This document shows positions 24,001 to 37,900 of a stretch of DNA of 64,000 nucleotides, piece by piece. The stretch is taken from contig CM082586.2 of NCBI GenBank assembly GCA_040954595.2, positions 3,142,249-3,206,248 on the forward strand, in the 5' to 3' direction. Position numbers and translations under genes: made by a program. This DNA comes from Balanoglossus misakiensis. Lineage: Eukaryota; Animalia; Hemichordata. The notes under the pieces were generated by a model. That model saw nothing but the letters and a program-made list of their open reading frames with translations. It was not told the DNA's origin and searched no databases. Within the stretch, counting starts at the first letter, position 1. Each line of letters opens with the position of its first letter.

Positions 24001-27000
24001 CTGTGGTTGATCACTGTTTGAACAAGACAGATTTCACTGAATTTTGATGGGTGAGATCCTTTCCTTCAGTTTCTGTCAACCTAAGAGACCAAAGCAAGGG
24101 TAGGATGTACTCTAAATGGGGTGTTGATGTTTTGGTATTGATGGATTGGACATCAGCTGACCAGAAATGAGTAGAAAAGTGTAAACTGGTCACTAGAAGG
24201 TCATTGGAAGGCTATAATGGGGTTCAAAGTGGAGAATTTATGTTGACCCTGAGTGTAAGGTGTCACTTTATATCTGCTGAAAACATGTTATGTCAAACCA
24301 GAGGCTGGACTTCAAAGAGGTCTGGTTTAGTTTTTGGCCTAAAACTTGAATATGGATGCATTTAGGTGTCCCTGTTGGACCACGATTTTACTGCTTATGG
24401 ATAAAAAACATGCTTTTCATTTCGTTTCACATATCATCTATTCACCTAAATGTGTGAGCGTGTGTGTGTGTGAAAAAGTTTTTCAGATTTTGCGTTGAGC
24501 TGGCTCAGATTGCAACAAACAATACACACTGCCTGACAATGTGTGTTACCCAGCGGTGCCATCCGTTTTATTGACTCGCAGTGTAATTGGAAGGCGGATG
24601 AATAAATTGTAAAGAGGCTGTAAAGGTGGGCACCAAATGCAGACGCATGTGGGATCATGAAACAAGCAAATCATTTTGTTAACCCTCTGTTCTGTACCGG
24701 TGATGTTTCAATCGCTTGTGAGTTGAAACACAGACATGTCCTGAATTTACAATCAGTGATGAATTTCAAACAGGGTTTCAATTTGTCTGTGATTTCCAGG
24801 CTCAGTGGGAATATCTTATTTTATTTAAAGCATACAACAGCAGTGGAATAGGGGTAACTTAAGACTGCAAACATGTCTATAATTCATGCTCTTTGAGTTC
24901 ACACTGCAGATATGCTACAACAGTGGCTTTTGTATACCCACTGAGATTCAGTGAATAAAAACTTGGGATGACAATGAATTTGCAAATTTTGATTAAGGTA
25001 GTGTGCGCCTCGAAAATCAAAGTCTTTAAAACTTTTTCTCATATTTTGGTCAAGGCAACTTTAGATTATTCTTTTTGAAAATTGAGACTAAAACATGTGA
25101 GACACTCATAATTATGAATGAAAGCAAAATTTTCTCAAATTTGAAAATCAAAATGGCCGCCCATCTCGTTCTTAACTCTATTGAGAAAATTTTCTTTGGT
25201 GATTTTTATGAGAACATGATGATAAAAAGATAATAAATAGCATTTTTTTTTCTCAAAAAGACTCCTCGCATACTTTAATATTGAAAGGTTTGGAGGACAA
25301 GTATTTTTCTGTCCCCGAGGAGCGTGTACTGCCTTAAGGGGATACGCACAGTTGGCAGTTACAGTGTGCCAAGATGGATGTATTCTACACACACATACGA
25401 ACAATTGTCATCCAGTGTTCTTACACAATGCAACTTATCTTTGAAGTGGCCGTGGATATTGTGTCAGATTGCAGAAAACCATTTGCGTGGTGAACACAAT
25501 GTATCTGTCGACTCGAAAAGGATTTTGTGAATTGAAGTGGTGTAGTGATGAACACACAGGCCGCTTAATAGCCGTCGCCAAAATCCATAACGCTATCCTC
25601 GGATAACCAACTAACAGGGATTTTACTTCCAGCCGTTCTATCACATAGCGACAGGAGCATGATTCCGGATCTAACAATTATGTCGACAACATGGAATGCT
25701 AATTTTAGCCGCGAGTCGTATATAATTTTAATGCAAATTGAAAGATTACTAGAGTTTCCAGTTGTTGCTGATAATGCCCTTCCCTTGACTTGACACGTAA
25801 AAAACAAGAACACAAACCCCTCTACCTTTACAGGTACAGACTTGCAGATTCATGACGTTGTGAAAATACATGTCTGATATATTTGTAATACAACCCCTTT
25901 CGGTACTTCACCCATAATGATCATGGAAAGTGATAAAACTGAAAACTCTTTGTCATAAAAATTGACCTTTTCCAAAGACCTATCATTATCGTTGCCACCC
26001 ATCACAAAGCACATACTCAGATAAGTTTCACCCATTACAAAGCAGATAGTTGAAAGACTGAGACAGAAAACAGTGTTGTCCATAGTCTACAATAAATAAA
26101 TACTCATATGTTTTGGTGTTTGTTTTCTCAAGGACCACCTTTCAGGGATAAAATAATAAATACTGAGCTTGCTCTGCAACAAACATCAAGCGTGTTCATT
26201 TTGGTTTCATACCCTTGGTTACAAAATGTGCATTTGTTTACACTTTGTATGGATGTATGTATATGTATGTGTGTTCACGTGTGTGCGAAATTAATTGAAC
26301 TTAGCAAAGTCTCAAAGATTTAACTTCGCTGAAGAGAAAGTTTCAATGAAGGAAATTGTGAAGAGCTTAGCTATCCTGAAATGAGAGTACTTTAAGAGGG
26401 ACCTTTCAGCCGAAATAACTTCACATTGTGGCCAATGAAAGCACATGTATGCAAAATTTGTGACTTTGAAACTAAGCGCATCTGCAGTTCATCGAGATGA
26501 TGACCAAAAAGTGAGGTTTATTTGTTGTTTACTAAATATCAAACTTTGTTTAGTCTACGCAGAGTGTATAAGTTTGTCTTGTCACTTGCGGTTAGCTGTG
26601 TTATTATAGTTACTCAGAAAACTGTAAGCTATCCTTTGTTTTGATGCTTCGTGTGGTCATCTGTGGTTATGATGGCACTATCAACAGTCAGCCTATGTAA
26701 CAAGGTGTTGATTCACTCTTAGAATTTCAAGAAAATTCACCACGATATTCAGCATATACTTTTACATGTAATGAGGATAAGATTTGTGTGCGAGTCAGTG
26801 GCGTATTGTTGTATTGGCTTAGAAACCACGGCATGGTCATATTAGCTTTAAACTTTGTTAAGCACCCTGGAACATGTTAATTTGTGACAGTTATTGCAAA
26901 AATAAATTGATGCCAAAGTTGATATTACTGTCTTAAGCAATCAAACATTCCCATTTTCCCAGGGAAAGCAAGCAGGATTGGATGGTGTTAATGCAGAGTC

Positions 27001-30000
27001 CACTGTGTGTGCTGTGCGCTATCTCCATGTAATCTTGGTGCACAGATCAACGCTTTTCACTGTTTCTTAGGAAGATAGGAATGTCTGTAAGTGAAATAGA
27101 TGGGAACTTGCCAACCATAGTATCCAGGCACTTCTTGCAAGTAATGTAATATAGGGAGATATACATATATGGGACTCAGTGATAACACACACATACTCAG
27201 TTGTACATTGTAATACAGACAGGAATATTGTAAGGGAAATGATTTGGACTTTCTGTGTTGGTATACAGTACAGCAAACCCTTTCTAAACCAAAACTTGTC
27301 TAATCTGGAAACCTTTCCAAAATGAACATCTTTGCTTTCCCCTACATGTACATACAACTTCCAAATTCCGGTCAGTTTCCGAGAACCTCCATAATCCGGA
27401 CACCACTTAACCATTTTTCTTGGCCATTTAGTGTCCAGTTTAGACAGGTTGAGAGTACATTCAGGGATGCTGTCAAACCTGCGAAGGGTGTAATTCACTG
27501 TAAAAAATCATTCTTGTTACAGAGCACACTGATTGTTCAGCGCACAGTGAAAGATAACTTTATTAAATTGCCAAACGCAGTCCAGAAAAACTTGTTTCTA
27601 CAGACCACTCGACATGTTCATGTACATTGTAAAAGTGGTGGTTTATTGTCGCACAGTAAATGGTGTGGTCTGACCTGTTGAATTGATAGGCAGCCTGTTG
27701 CCTTCAGGAGACCTTTTCATCTCAATTTATGATCGCAATTTATCATGTGAAGTTATACACACAGAACACAAATTGCCCCTCAAGTAAGGCAAAGTCCCAT
27801 TGCAATGAAAATAATACGACTGTTGAGAATTATCAAATCTATTACCACCCAGCTGTATGTTTAACAACTGAATATACCATACCTCAATAAATTTGTCAAA
27901 CAGTTAACCTCTTGTGGTTTAGTCCATGCCAGCATTTTGTGTTTATTTATGGCCTGAATGTGGCTATAAATAAACCAGTGTAACACAGGGATCCATTTGG
28001 CTGGTTCCAGCCAACTCCTGAAAAAAATAAATTGTGCATACAGTGCAGCTTAGGAATAGCTTTCCAATTTGCTAACAACTTGCTGACACGGTGTTTATAA
28101 TGAGTCAGCTCAGTGTTAGCCTGTGTGTTCCAAGTGTTACAAAGGTGTGAATCTGCTGGCCCTGGCACTTGGCATTGTTCAGTGTTAGCACCTTGGCACA
28201 CCCTATTGTTTTGGCACACAGTGTTAGCCTGTGTGTTCCAAGTGTTACAAAGGTGTGAATCTGTTGGCCCTGGCACTTGGCATTGTTCAGTGTTAGCACC
28301 TTGGCGCACCCTATTGTTTTGGAACACCCCAGTTAAACACAAGCCCAATAGGTGCTAATTAGAGCGCCAATAGGGTGCCAACCCAGAGTTGACCCAGTGT
28401 TGGTGCAGTTGGAAAGCTATTCCTAAGCTGCACTGTAGACTACTGTAGTGGTCTATGGAAAAGGGATATGGAATTAACCGCATGATAGTGGTACAAAACA
28501 AATTCGCATGAGTGAGCACATAATGAATACATACTTCTATGGTTGTGTGCACATGGTTTTGTTCCTACTGTGCTGTGTTCGAATTCCAGCTTTCATCTAT
28601 CATAAAAGCCATGTCCAGAAAGTTACTTACCAGACTTTTATTTGCGGTCTTGTCATGAACCCTGGTGATGTTTATATACCACAAGTGGCAGAGGCCAATT
28701 AATTATTGTCATTGCCCCTGCATGATGTTTCATCGTGGTATGTTGGTTACATGTTAGCACGCGTCAACCAGATTGATTTGCCAATACTTCATATGAAATG
28801 AATTCAAAAATTCTAGAGTGAGAAAACAGTCCAGAATTATGAAGACTCCAGAATTGAGGACAGACTACCAGAATGCCATGAAAATGTCTTATTTCTGCAA
28901 AAGTCATTCAAGGCAAAAGCAACATTATCGTGAATGCTGAATGATATTTCAAAAGGTCCCATTTCACTTCCTACATATCTGTAGGGTAGTTTCTTTTAGT
29001 ATACATCATCTGTCTGAGTACACGATATATCTTTAATGGTACATGTGCATTGTAAGCATTCTCAAAACGTGAGCTGTTGTATGAGATAGGCAAAAAAAAA
29101 ATCACTCCTTTCATAGAACTCCAGCTAACATTTCACTGTGATTCTGACTTTCTCACGGGGAACCCATTGAATTCTGTTTCCAAGGCTGTATCTCAAATGA
29201 AAGGAAACTGACTTTGGATAAAAGGTGGGAAAAACAGAACAAGATGCTACGCCAATTTATGGAGAAAAAGCAGAATTTTTTCTCCTGCAATGCCTTGAGT
29301 GAAATGGTGGACATGGTCTGGCAATGGGAAAAATGCTTTAACTCCCCCCTCCCCCTCCCCCCGAAATCAAATGGTTCCCCCCTCATTAACGCACATCGTG
29401 TATTATCAGCATATGTTGCCACTGTAAGTTGGCATAACAGCTTGTTCAAGGCCATTGCAGGGTTCACCATCGCCGCATGACTTAACCTTGACATCGTCAG
29501 TAATGTAAGATGACATCATTGGATTACCAGTACTGGCGAATATCAATGTCATTTATCCTGGTACATGTGCAAGTTCATTACAGCTCCAGTTTCAAGCACG
29601 CTTCAACACGTCACATAGCCAAAAGGTGTGCAGTTAGGAAATACTATGAAAATGGTGTCTGGTTGTGTAACTTTTTCATACATTTGCCATCATAGGACAT
29701 GATCTTCCTTTTGGCCCAAAAAAATTCATACTCATTACCGAATGAAAAGATCATCATCATTAGTTCGTCAAAGCCCCCCAAATAAATAAATAAATAAATA
29801 AATGTTTGGTGATACAAATTATGTGAATGAATGAATGAATAAATGAACGAACGAATGAATGATTGAATGAATGATTGATTGAATGAATGAATGAATGAAT
29901 GAATGAATGAATGAATGAATGAATGAATGAATGAATGAATGAACGAATGAATGAACGAATGAATGAATGAATAAGTTACATGTGTACTGTACATGTATAT

Positions 30001-33000
30001 ATGTACATGTATATATGTACATATATGTGTGATCTTGACAATTTTTGAATTCCTCTAAAATGATGACCTTAAACTTGAAGGGCCATGGCATTTATTGATA
30101 TGTCCTAAAAATGTAAGCGTATTATCTTGACAATACTGGAATTATATAAAATGGCATCCTTAGACCTTGAAACTACAACTATTTACTTGTGGAATTATAT
30201 TTCCATGAGAAAAATTGCAGTTATTATCGCCAGATATTTAATAGTAAAAAAAATAATTTTAGCTGTCCAGATAGTTCCAGAGAATGACAATGTCATGGTG
30301 TAAATAGCTACATATATTTCAGTGGTCAATAAATTGGAGTTGTTTTTTGCCATACGTTCACTTTCCCTTTTAACTGTGTGGGTTGGCATATTTGATATCA
30401 CTGCACAGTGTCATTAGATCAAGATGACAACTGATAACATGGCAATTGACATCACTAGCAATGTTAGAATTCACGTCACACATATCTTACAGATTCTCTT
30501 GGGTAGATTTCCTAACATACTGTGTACTGACATTTTCATGACAGGAAATTTTTCGCGATATCAAAAGAGGCAACTGTTACGCGCTGGTTAATTTTCGCGT
30601 TTTCGTATTTCACTAGCTGCATCTTTCTCTGTGAAGAAATTTTTTACTTGATTTGTACATGCTTTTTTGCCTCTTGGTAAGTTCGCAAAAATTTACCGTT
30701 CGCATAAATTACCTGTTTTACAGTAATTCTTGACGTACATGTATCATTACTGTCAGTGGGAAGAATTTTGAAATATGTTCATTGGTGAAGGTCGAGCGTC
30801 AAGTCAGTTTGTCGTGCTTGGACTTATATATACATGAAACCTTACGTTGCATCACTTTTTATAAAATCACTACGTCAAAATAGTTTTTATTAACTGGCCT
30901 GGCATTGAACTGTCCTGATGTTGCGTGGCAACAAAGTGTTATGTCACTCAACTGCGCTACACTTCCTGTTCACGTTTATTATCGGACAGGCTGTAAACTC
31001 TTGACATTCAGTTCAACTTGGACTTGCTTGTAATCTTTGCATTGGTCAATTTATCTGCATGGACCTTGAAGTAAGCGGTAAATTACGAAGCAGTGTGATT
31101 TACCTTGAAAGCAAACCTGTCACATACTCTGATGTAATTTATGTATCTCGTAGTTATATTCACCCACATCACCTGTTGGTATATCTCTAGGAGTTCATGA
31201 ACACATTGTTTAATGAATGAATAAAATTGAGTATTGTACTGACGCTAATCTATATAATAATCGTGTAGGTTTTAATTTAAATGGCAGAGGATTTGAAATA
31301 CTTTCTGCAAGTTTTCTTGGTGTTTCATCAGAGCTATCAAGAACTGGATTTGATGGATGGTTTAAAAAACAGGATTTTACTGAAACGGGCACAGACTGTA
31401 TCTTTGTATTCTCGAGATTAGAATACAGGAACATGTTTCCCTCACCCAAACCTGAGGGCAAATCGTGTGCCTCGTATTATCACAAATGATATGTCCTGAC
31501 TGCAACAATCTGATTGGCAATTCTGTCGTTTTCTACTTTGATTCAGCCCTTTAGCGTGTACGTGTGTATGGAAATTCAAACCCCAGTTGCGTCATAGGGA
31601 CACATTACCGTGCGTCAGTGGGTACTGTAAGCTTAGAGGGTATACACTTTACTCCAGGAAGTAGAGATGAATATGATAAGGTAAAGTCTCCCCTCGCAAT
31701 GTTAACCGGAATAGGTTTGAGTTTACAGACTGATGGTTGGCGAGGTGGTTTTTACCAGTAGTTTCGTCAATCCTCCATTTTGTTTTTATCATAGTCTGCA
31801 ACTTTGAATTTAAAAAAAAATATCGTCCAATCATCTGGGGAGATACTTGTCTGAATATAGGCATCCCTCCATCTGGGTATAAACAAACACCGATGTAGGT
31901 ACATGTATTAGCAAGAACATTTTGCTTTGTTTACTGTAACTTGGATATTTGTCATGTGGTCCTTATTAATAAAATGCTTCAGTGGACTTCGGGTCATCAC
32001 TTTCACGTGTTTTCCCGTCTGGTAGATTGTAGTTCTGTTTTTCTGATACCTTTGAAGTTGCCATGAAGTCTTTGTAGAATAGGCAGAGCTTGAAACAGCA
32101 GGATGTTCGAAAACCAATTATTTTAATATTATATATACTCAGTTTTAGGTTTTACAAATTGTTATGAAGGAACAGTTAATAAATTGGTTTGCAGGGGTAT
32201 CTTGTTTGTCTCAGTTTCTATTTTAGTCTTCAAGATGTTGTCAGCAATTGCAATGCCCACAACTAACAGGATATCTCTAGGAAGAGAGTAACAAAAAGTA
32301 ATCTGGTAATTGACTGAAGTACAGCTGTATCGTGCCGTCCAAATTTCTCTCCCCAGGGCTGTAATTCTTGGTGACCGATCGCTCCCGATTATCTTTTTGT
32401 TCTTAGAAGCAAAGCAGACATGCTTAAGGAAGTGTCTGTATTACTTTAGAAGTCATCAGAATACAGTAGAACCTGTCTGAACTGGGGGCCAAAGGGACTG
32501 ATAACAATTGTTCGGTTTTCAAAGGTATCTGGTTTACAGAGGTTAATAGGTGGAGAAGGGACTGGGGAAGCTGTTCAGTATAGACAGTTTTTCAGATTAG
32601 ACATGGTTGGGTATAGATAGGTTCTATAGATCTTTCAATTGTGTTGTGCCAACCTGTCTACACAGATAGTCAGTCAGACTAGTAGCCTTCTGGCCTATTT
32701 TCTCTTAAAACATTGTTGGTCATGGAAATTTTGCATCGAAGTAAAGTCCCATTTTGCATACATCTGTATCCTATATTTGTCCTACCAGAACTAGGAATAC
32801 CTGCATCACAGCAGTATTTGAATTTTAAAAGAATTGACTGACTGAAACGGCTTACTTCCCCAACCCGCAAATACATGAATGCAGGGACATAATCAACATG
32901 AGTTCACCTTGACACGAAGGGATGACCTTACCCACGTGACTGGTTGATTGTAAGGCTCAGGCAGTTATGAGGGCCGTGTACTCAATCCTGAGTGTGTCAA

Positions 33001-34924
33001 ACATGTACATGTACGTAATGGATAGATGGCAGCTTAAATACTTCTAATTTTAGAAATGAGGTGATGCGTGTATAACAGCATTATTAAGTTTACTGGCATC
33101 ATCGCAGAAAATAAACAGTGTAATATTTGAATAAACTTTTTACGTTTCGTTGATGAGAGTTGCCCTTGACAGACATTAGACATGGAAGTCATTGAGTGAA
33201 ACAGAGAAAGAAGTGTTGTCGTCGTTTGGCAGATGTTTTGTCTTTTTTGAGTTGCATGCGGACATATGTATCACAAAGTGTGATATCCAGAACTCCACTG
33301 AGAGCTGTAAGTCCTTTCATAGTGTGTCCACTTTTATTGGAACTGAAAACATCATACACTCACATAGAACAGTAGTCTACAGTATCCAACTGTTTGTTAT
33401 CTGCTTGGCTGTCAACACTAACAAATTAGTTTGGGAAGCAAAGCAAAGCAGACGACACACAGCTAGATACTGTACTCTCCGTACATACTGTGTACGGCTG
33501 ACATGTGAGAACTCAATATTCACATTTTATTAATCCCTAACGGCATAAACCAGGACTTTTTTTACAAGCTCCTCCAACAGATGGGTACTTAACTGTCCCA
33601 GAGTGTATATAAATGTTAATTTGCTTGACATACATGCACATTGTGACAAAACCATCTGTTTGTTGGGCAGATTATGATTCTACAGTGATGTTGGTATCGC
33701 TTTGATTTCCAAGCAGATGACCATATTTTATTTGTACAGTGCAAGTAGTTAATATTAATTTTAGACATTAAATGAACCTATATGGCAAATATACTAAACA
33801 TAAGGGTTCAAAATTGTTATTATGTGCAGTATGAATCGTTGATGTCTTCACTTCATTAAGGTACTGTGTTCGTAAAATTTCTAACGTTATAACACACATT
33901 GTTGCTATTACATTAGAGAATGCCCACAGCCAGGCTGTCGTTAATATTTCCGTGTGTTTCTGTTTTGTCTACAGAAGGCTGACACCGCAATCGGTGGTAG
34001 TGGCTCAGCTTGTTAATTTAACTGTTTTGCCAGTGCAATGAATACCAGCAATCAAGACTTTGCCAGGATACGTACAAAGCCAGATAGTGAGAAAATACAG
34101 AGGTAAGAAGGAGCAGTTTGTCATATGGGTTTGTACAGACAATTTTCGGTCAAAAACTAATTTTTCGAGCACCGCTTGTAAGACTGCCATGACACATGAC
34201 AGTTTATTGGATATGTTCCTTGTAAATTTTCCATATTTATTTATGGTTAGGTCATATTTGCTTGCCAATGTTACCTGTGAGTTTTATTCTTGTGTATACT
34301 ATTTCCATGTAATCCACAAATGGGACCACAGTGTCCTTGACGCCATGTTTTTTAATTCAGTTTAATCCCGAAATTCACTCTTGGATTAATATATTATAAT
34401 ATTAATACAGGTTTCTCTCAGACTGGTTTCTTGGTATCACAAGAGCCATAGGGTAAACATGTAGTTCATAAGAAAGTTAGAAACCTTAGCTAAACTTTCT
34501 TGTGGAAATATGACACCGGACATATATCAGAATAGGAGACAGCTCTTGTTTCCATGAAAATGTCAGGATTGCGTAGAAACGTCAGACAAATGTCCTTATT
34601 TCGATAACCTTTGTTATTCACTGTGATGTCGCATACGTCAATATAAAAATCATTACTAGTATTACCACTTGTAAAGTGCCACCACATGTTCATGTTTCAA
34701 GCCTTCATCAAAATTGATGTTTTATCTAAATTTTTGAAATCGAAATTTGATAGCAGAGGATCGGTTTTAATCCTGCAATCCTGATAATAAGATAAAAACC
34801 AGTGAATATCCATTGATTTATTCATTTATATGTAGTGCATTTTGATTTATTTTGTAAGACTGATGGTTGGAAATTCAAAATCATGTTTTCCATCAATAAT
34901 TAAATTAGCTAGTGATGCTTGGTT

Positions 34925-34963
<39 letters not shown>

Positions 34964-37900
34964 TTGTCACTGGTGAAGTCAGACCCTTGGACACCAAAGC
35001 AGGCTTGGCAGGCTTGAGACAGACTGGGCTTCAGCTGTCGGTCTCCGTCACTGGGAAAACGATTCTGATAACAGGAAAGAGATTGAAGTCCTCGATATTT
35101 ATCTATCCCATGCTAGAGCAGATAATTAATTACTGTAACACGTCTACAAGAAGGAACTCTTATCTGCCAAGTACATCAGAGAGACGTGTAGTTGATAACA
35201 GTATACTTCGCAGAAATGGCCTTCATTACTCTACAGAGAAGTAATCATGTATGCTGTATAAGCATTTATGTACAGAAAGAACAAATGCAAGATAATTATT
35301 GGAGTATTAATTAGATAATCTTGCTTGATAATTTGCTGAAGCATGGACAACTGATATGGCAACTCCATCTTTGCTTGTTGTTGTTGTTGTTGTTGCTCTT
35401 AACTTCATTCATCAGAGGTTAACCATGTCCTCTTCAGAAATTATGTTAATTAGAATAATACATAACAACCAGGAGGTCATACTCTTATGTCTTGGCAGCA
35501 AGGGGCTGCTTTGCCACACGCACCTCACACAGTTTATAAATATAACACAGGTGTGGGAGGGAATACAGTGGAGCGTCTCCTGTCCTGCCTGCCTTGCCGC
35601 TGTGGAAAATCCGTCGCTGATCCCGTCATGTTTTCCTTCTTTTCCAGTAAATCCCTGAACGAGAGGCGGAGGCGAGAGCAGGAAAACATTTACATAGAGG
35701 AGTTGGCTGAATTGATTTCAGCTAGCATCACGAACATGGACAGCTGTAACGTTAAACCTGACAAATGCGCCATACTTCAGGAAACAGTTAAACAGATCAA
35801 GTCTATCAAGAAGCAACAAGGTAGGTGGCTCTCCCCCCATCAGCCACCAGATCGTGGTCCAGTCCTGTTGCCTTTATTAGTTACGATGGACCTGTATACT
35901 AGTAAATGGGGGTGATACTGATAGGGTTATGCAAGGCCAAGGGGATAGACAAGACTGATTTATTACTAACCCTCCCTCCCCCTTTCAGCTATCAAACTAT
36001 AGTCCAGTCCTGTTGCTTTTATTAGTGCGAGTGGACCCATGCACTAGTAAATAAGGGGATTGGGTTATGCAAGGCCAAGAGAATAGACAAGACTGCTCCA
36101 TCTGTTGCATCAGAGAATGCCTTGAGCAAAAAGATCTTTCAGTCTAAAAATAGGGATAAATTGAACTGAAAGACTAAGTACATAAGGTGGTGTGTTCTCA
36201 AAGTTTACCCAACACATGGCTTTATAATAAGCCTCATTGTTTTCAGATATTGTCAAATATTATCATTGTTGTCAAATAGTGTCATCATTAGGTAAAATTG
36301 CAGACTGCATGTAATTTTGCAAATTTTGAGAATGGCATTTCATGTAGCTGTGTATGGATGAGTGAAGGTTCGTATGTGTGTTTTATTACATGTCAGCTCA
36401 CCTGCACAATTGAAATATTATATAAAACATCTAAATGCATACTCTAATTTTAGACCTCAGCCCAATGATTATGTATGTGGGGATAAATGTAAAAATAGTT
36501 TCAGCTCACTAAATGACAACAATTGTCCTTTTTATTTATGAAGTGTTATTTCATGTGAGGAGAGTTGATTAGCTTGCTGTCTGTTTGCTGCCTGTTATTG
36601 ATGAAGTTTAATGTTGATGAATGACTGAAAAAGGTGAAAAAGGTTCTTATTTAAAGCCACTGTTGTTTGGAATAGGATCTCTAGTGGCTAAACATCCTGG
36701 CTTTTCAGACAAATTCAACTTCTCTTTTTTCTCTCACCTGTTTGCACTGTCTATCTCTGAAAACCTGTCCTCCAGATGCACTTTTAATCATAAGCACCCT
36801 CTGTAGCAAGGTTTTCGTCCTATCTGAGAACAAATTGACCAGCACATGTAGACTGATAGGCATGTTTGTTTTTCGTTGGTCAACAGAGGCAGAATCCAAT
36901 GGTGCAGTACAACAGTGTCAGGTGTCTTCAAGTAAACCGGCGCTTTTGGCAAGTGATGTACTGGGACCACTGCTGCTTGAGGTAAGACACTAACATTAGA
37001 CACCACAGTTTAAAGGGACAAAGTCTCTCTCTCGCAGGCCTTTTTCCATTAATTATGTTTGATACAAGACACTGTTTATGTCAATGTACATGTGGATATA
37101 TTGTGAATCAACGTTCAACCACACACAACTTCCATCTCGTTTGTAGGATATGAGAGTAAAAACTCACCCATAATGAATAAATGGTAAAGAACGATTATTC
37201 ATTTTGGCGAGTTTTTTCACTCTCCTGTCTATAAGAGGGATGGAAGTTGTGTGTTGTTGAACGTTGATTCCCTTTATATCCACATGTAGAATAATATAAA
37301 CGGTGTCTTCTATCAAATATAATTAATTGAAAAGGGGCAGCGAGAGAGAGACTTTGTCCCTTTAATAAAGCCCAGTAGATTATGAATTCAGCTGGAATGT
37401 GTGGTATTATACTTGTGAACGTAGTGACCTTTGTTGTTGATGACAAACAATCAAACAATTTCAAGTTCAGGCTGGAGTCAAAATTTGTCACAACAACAAC
37501 AATGTTGATGAGCTTAAAATACTTGGCATAGCATCACGCTGCAAGGAGTGCAACAAGAAATAATATGCCCCATACTTTTTGAACTGTAAATTGGCAAAAT
37601 TACTCACCCAGCTAAACGTAATGAAAATCATTCTAGCTAAAACAGATATCTCATAATAGCTTGCTCAGGTAAAGCCTCAAAAAGGGGAAGTCGATTAAAG
37701 TTTATAGACAAGGTGCATGTACCGGTACAACTTATAAGCATCAAAAAACAAAACAGTGTTGTGCTCGGTGATGCTGAACAATTGCAGTACACTGTGAGCC
37801 TTCGTATTGAACAAACATGTTTTCAGTTCTGGCTGAGTAGTTCCATGCAGGTAGATTGTGCCATGTCTCTTGAGAGATCGTTCCGGAGTTTTTGAGTCGG

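Noticed and set aside
31217-31489. 90-aa ATG ORF within NCOA intron 1
   Set aside because: No recognisable domain or splice context; length expected by chance.
33975-34015. Possible NCOA micro-exon (acag|AAG GCT GAC ACC) extending KKR from donor 14799
   Set aside because: No downstream GT gives the phase 2 needed for the bHLH exon, and the upstream frame has no ATG.
35487-35647. In-frame ATGs upstream of the bHLH as the NCOA start
   Set aside because: The frame runs through a polypyrimidine tract and strong acceptor (tttccag at 35641-35647); more likely intron, though an alternative start is not excluded.
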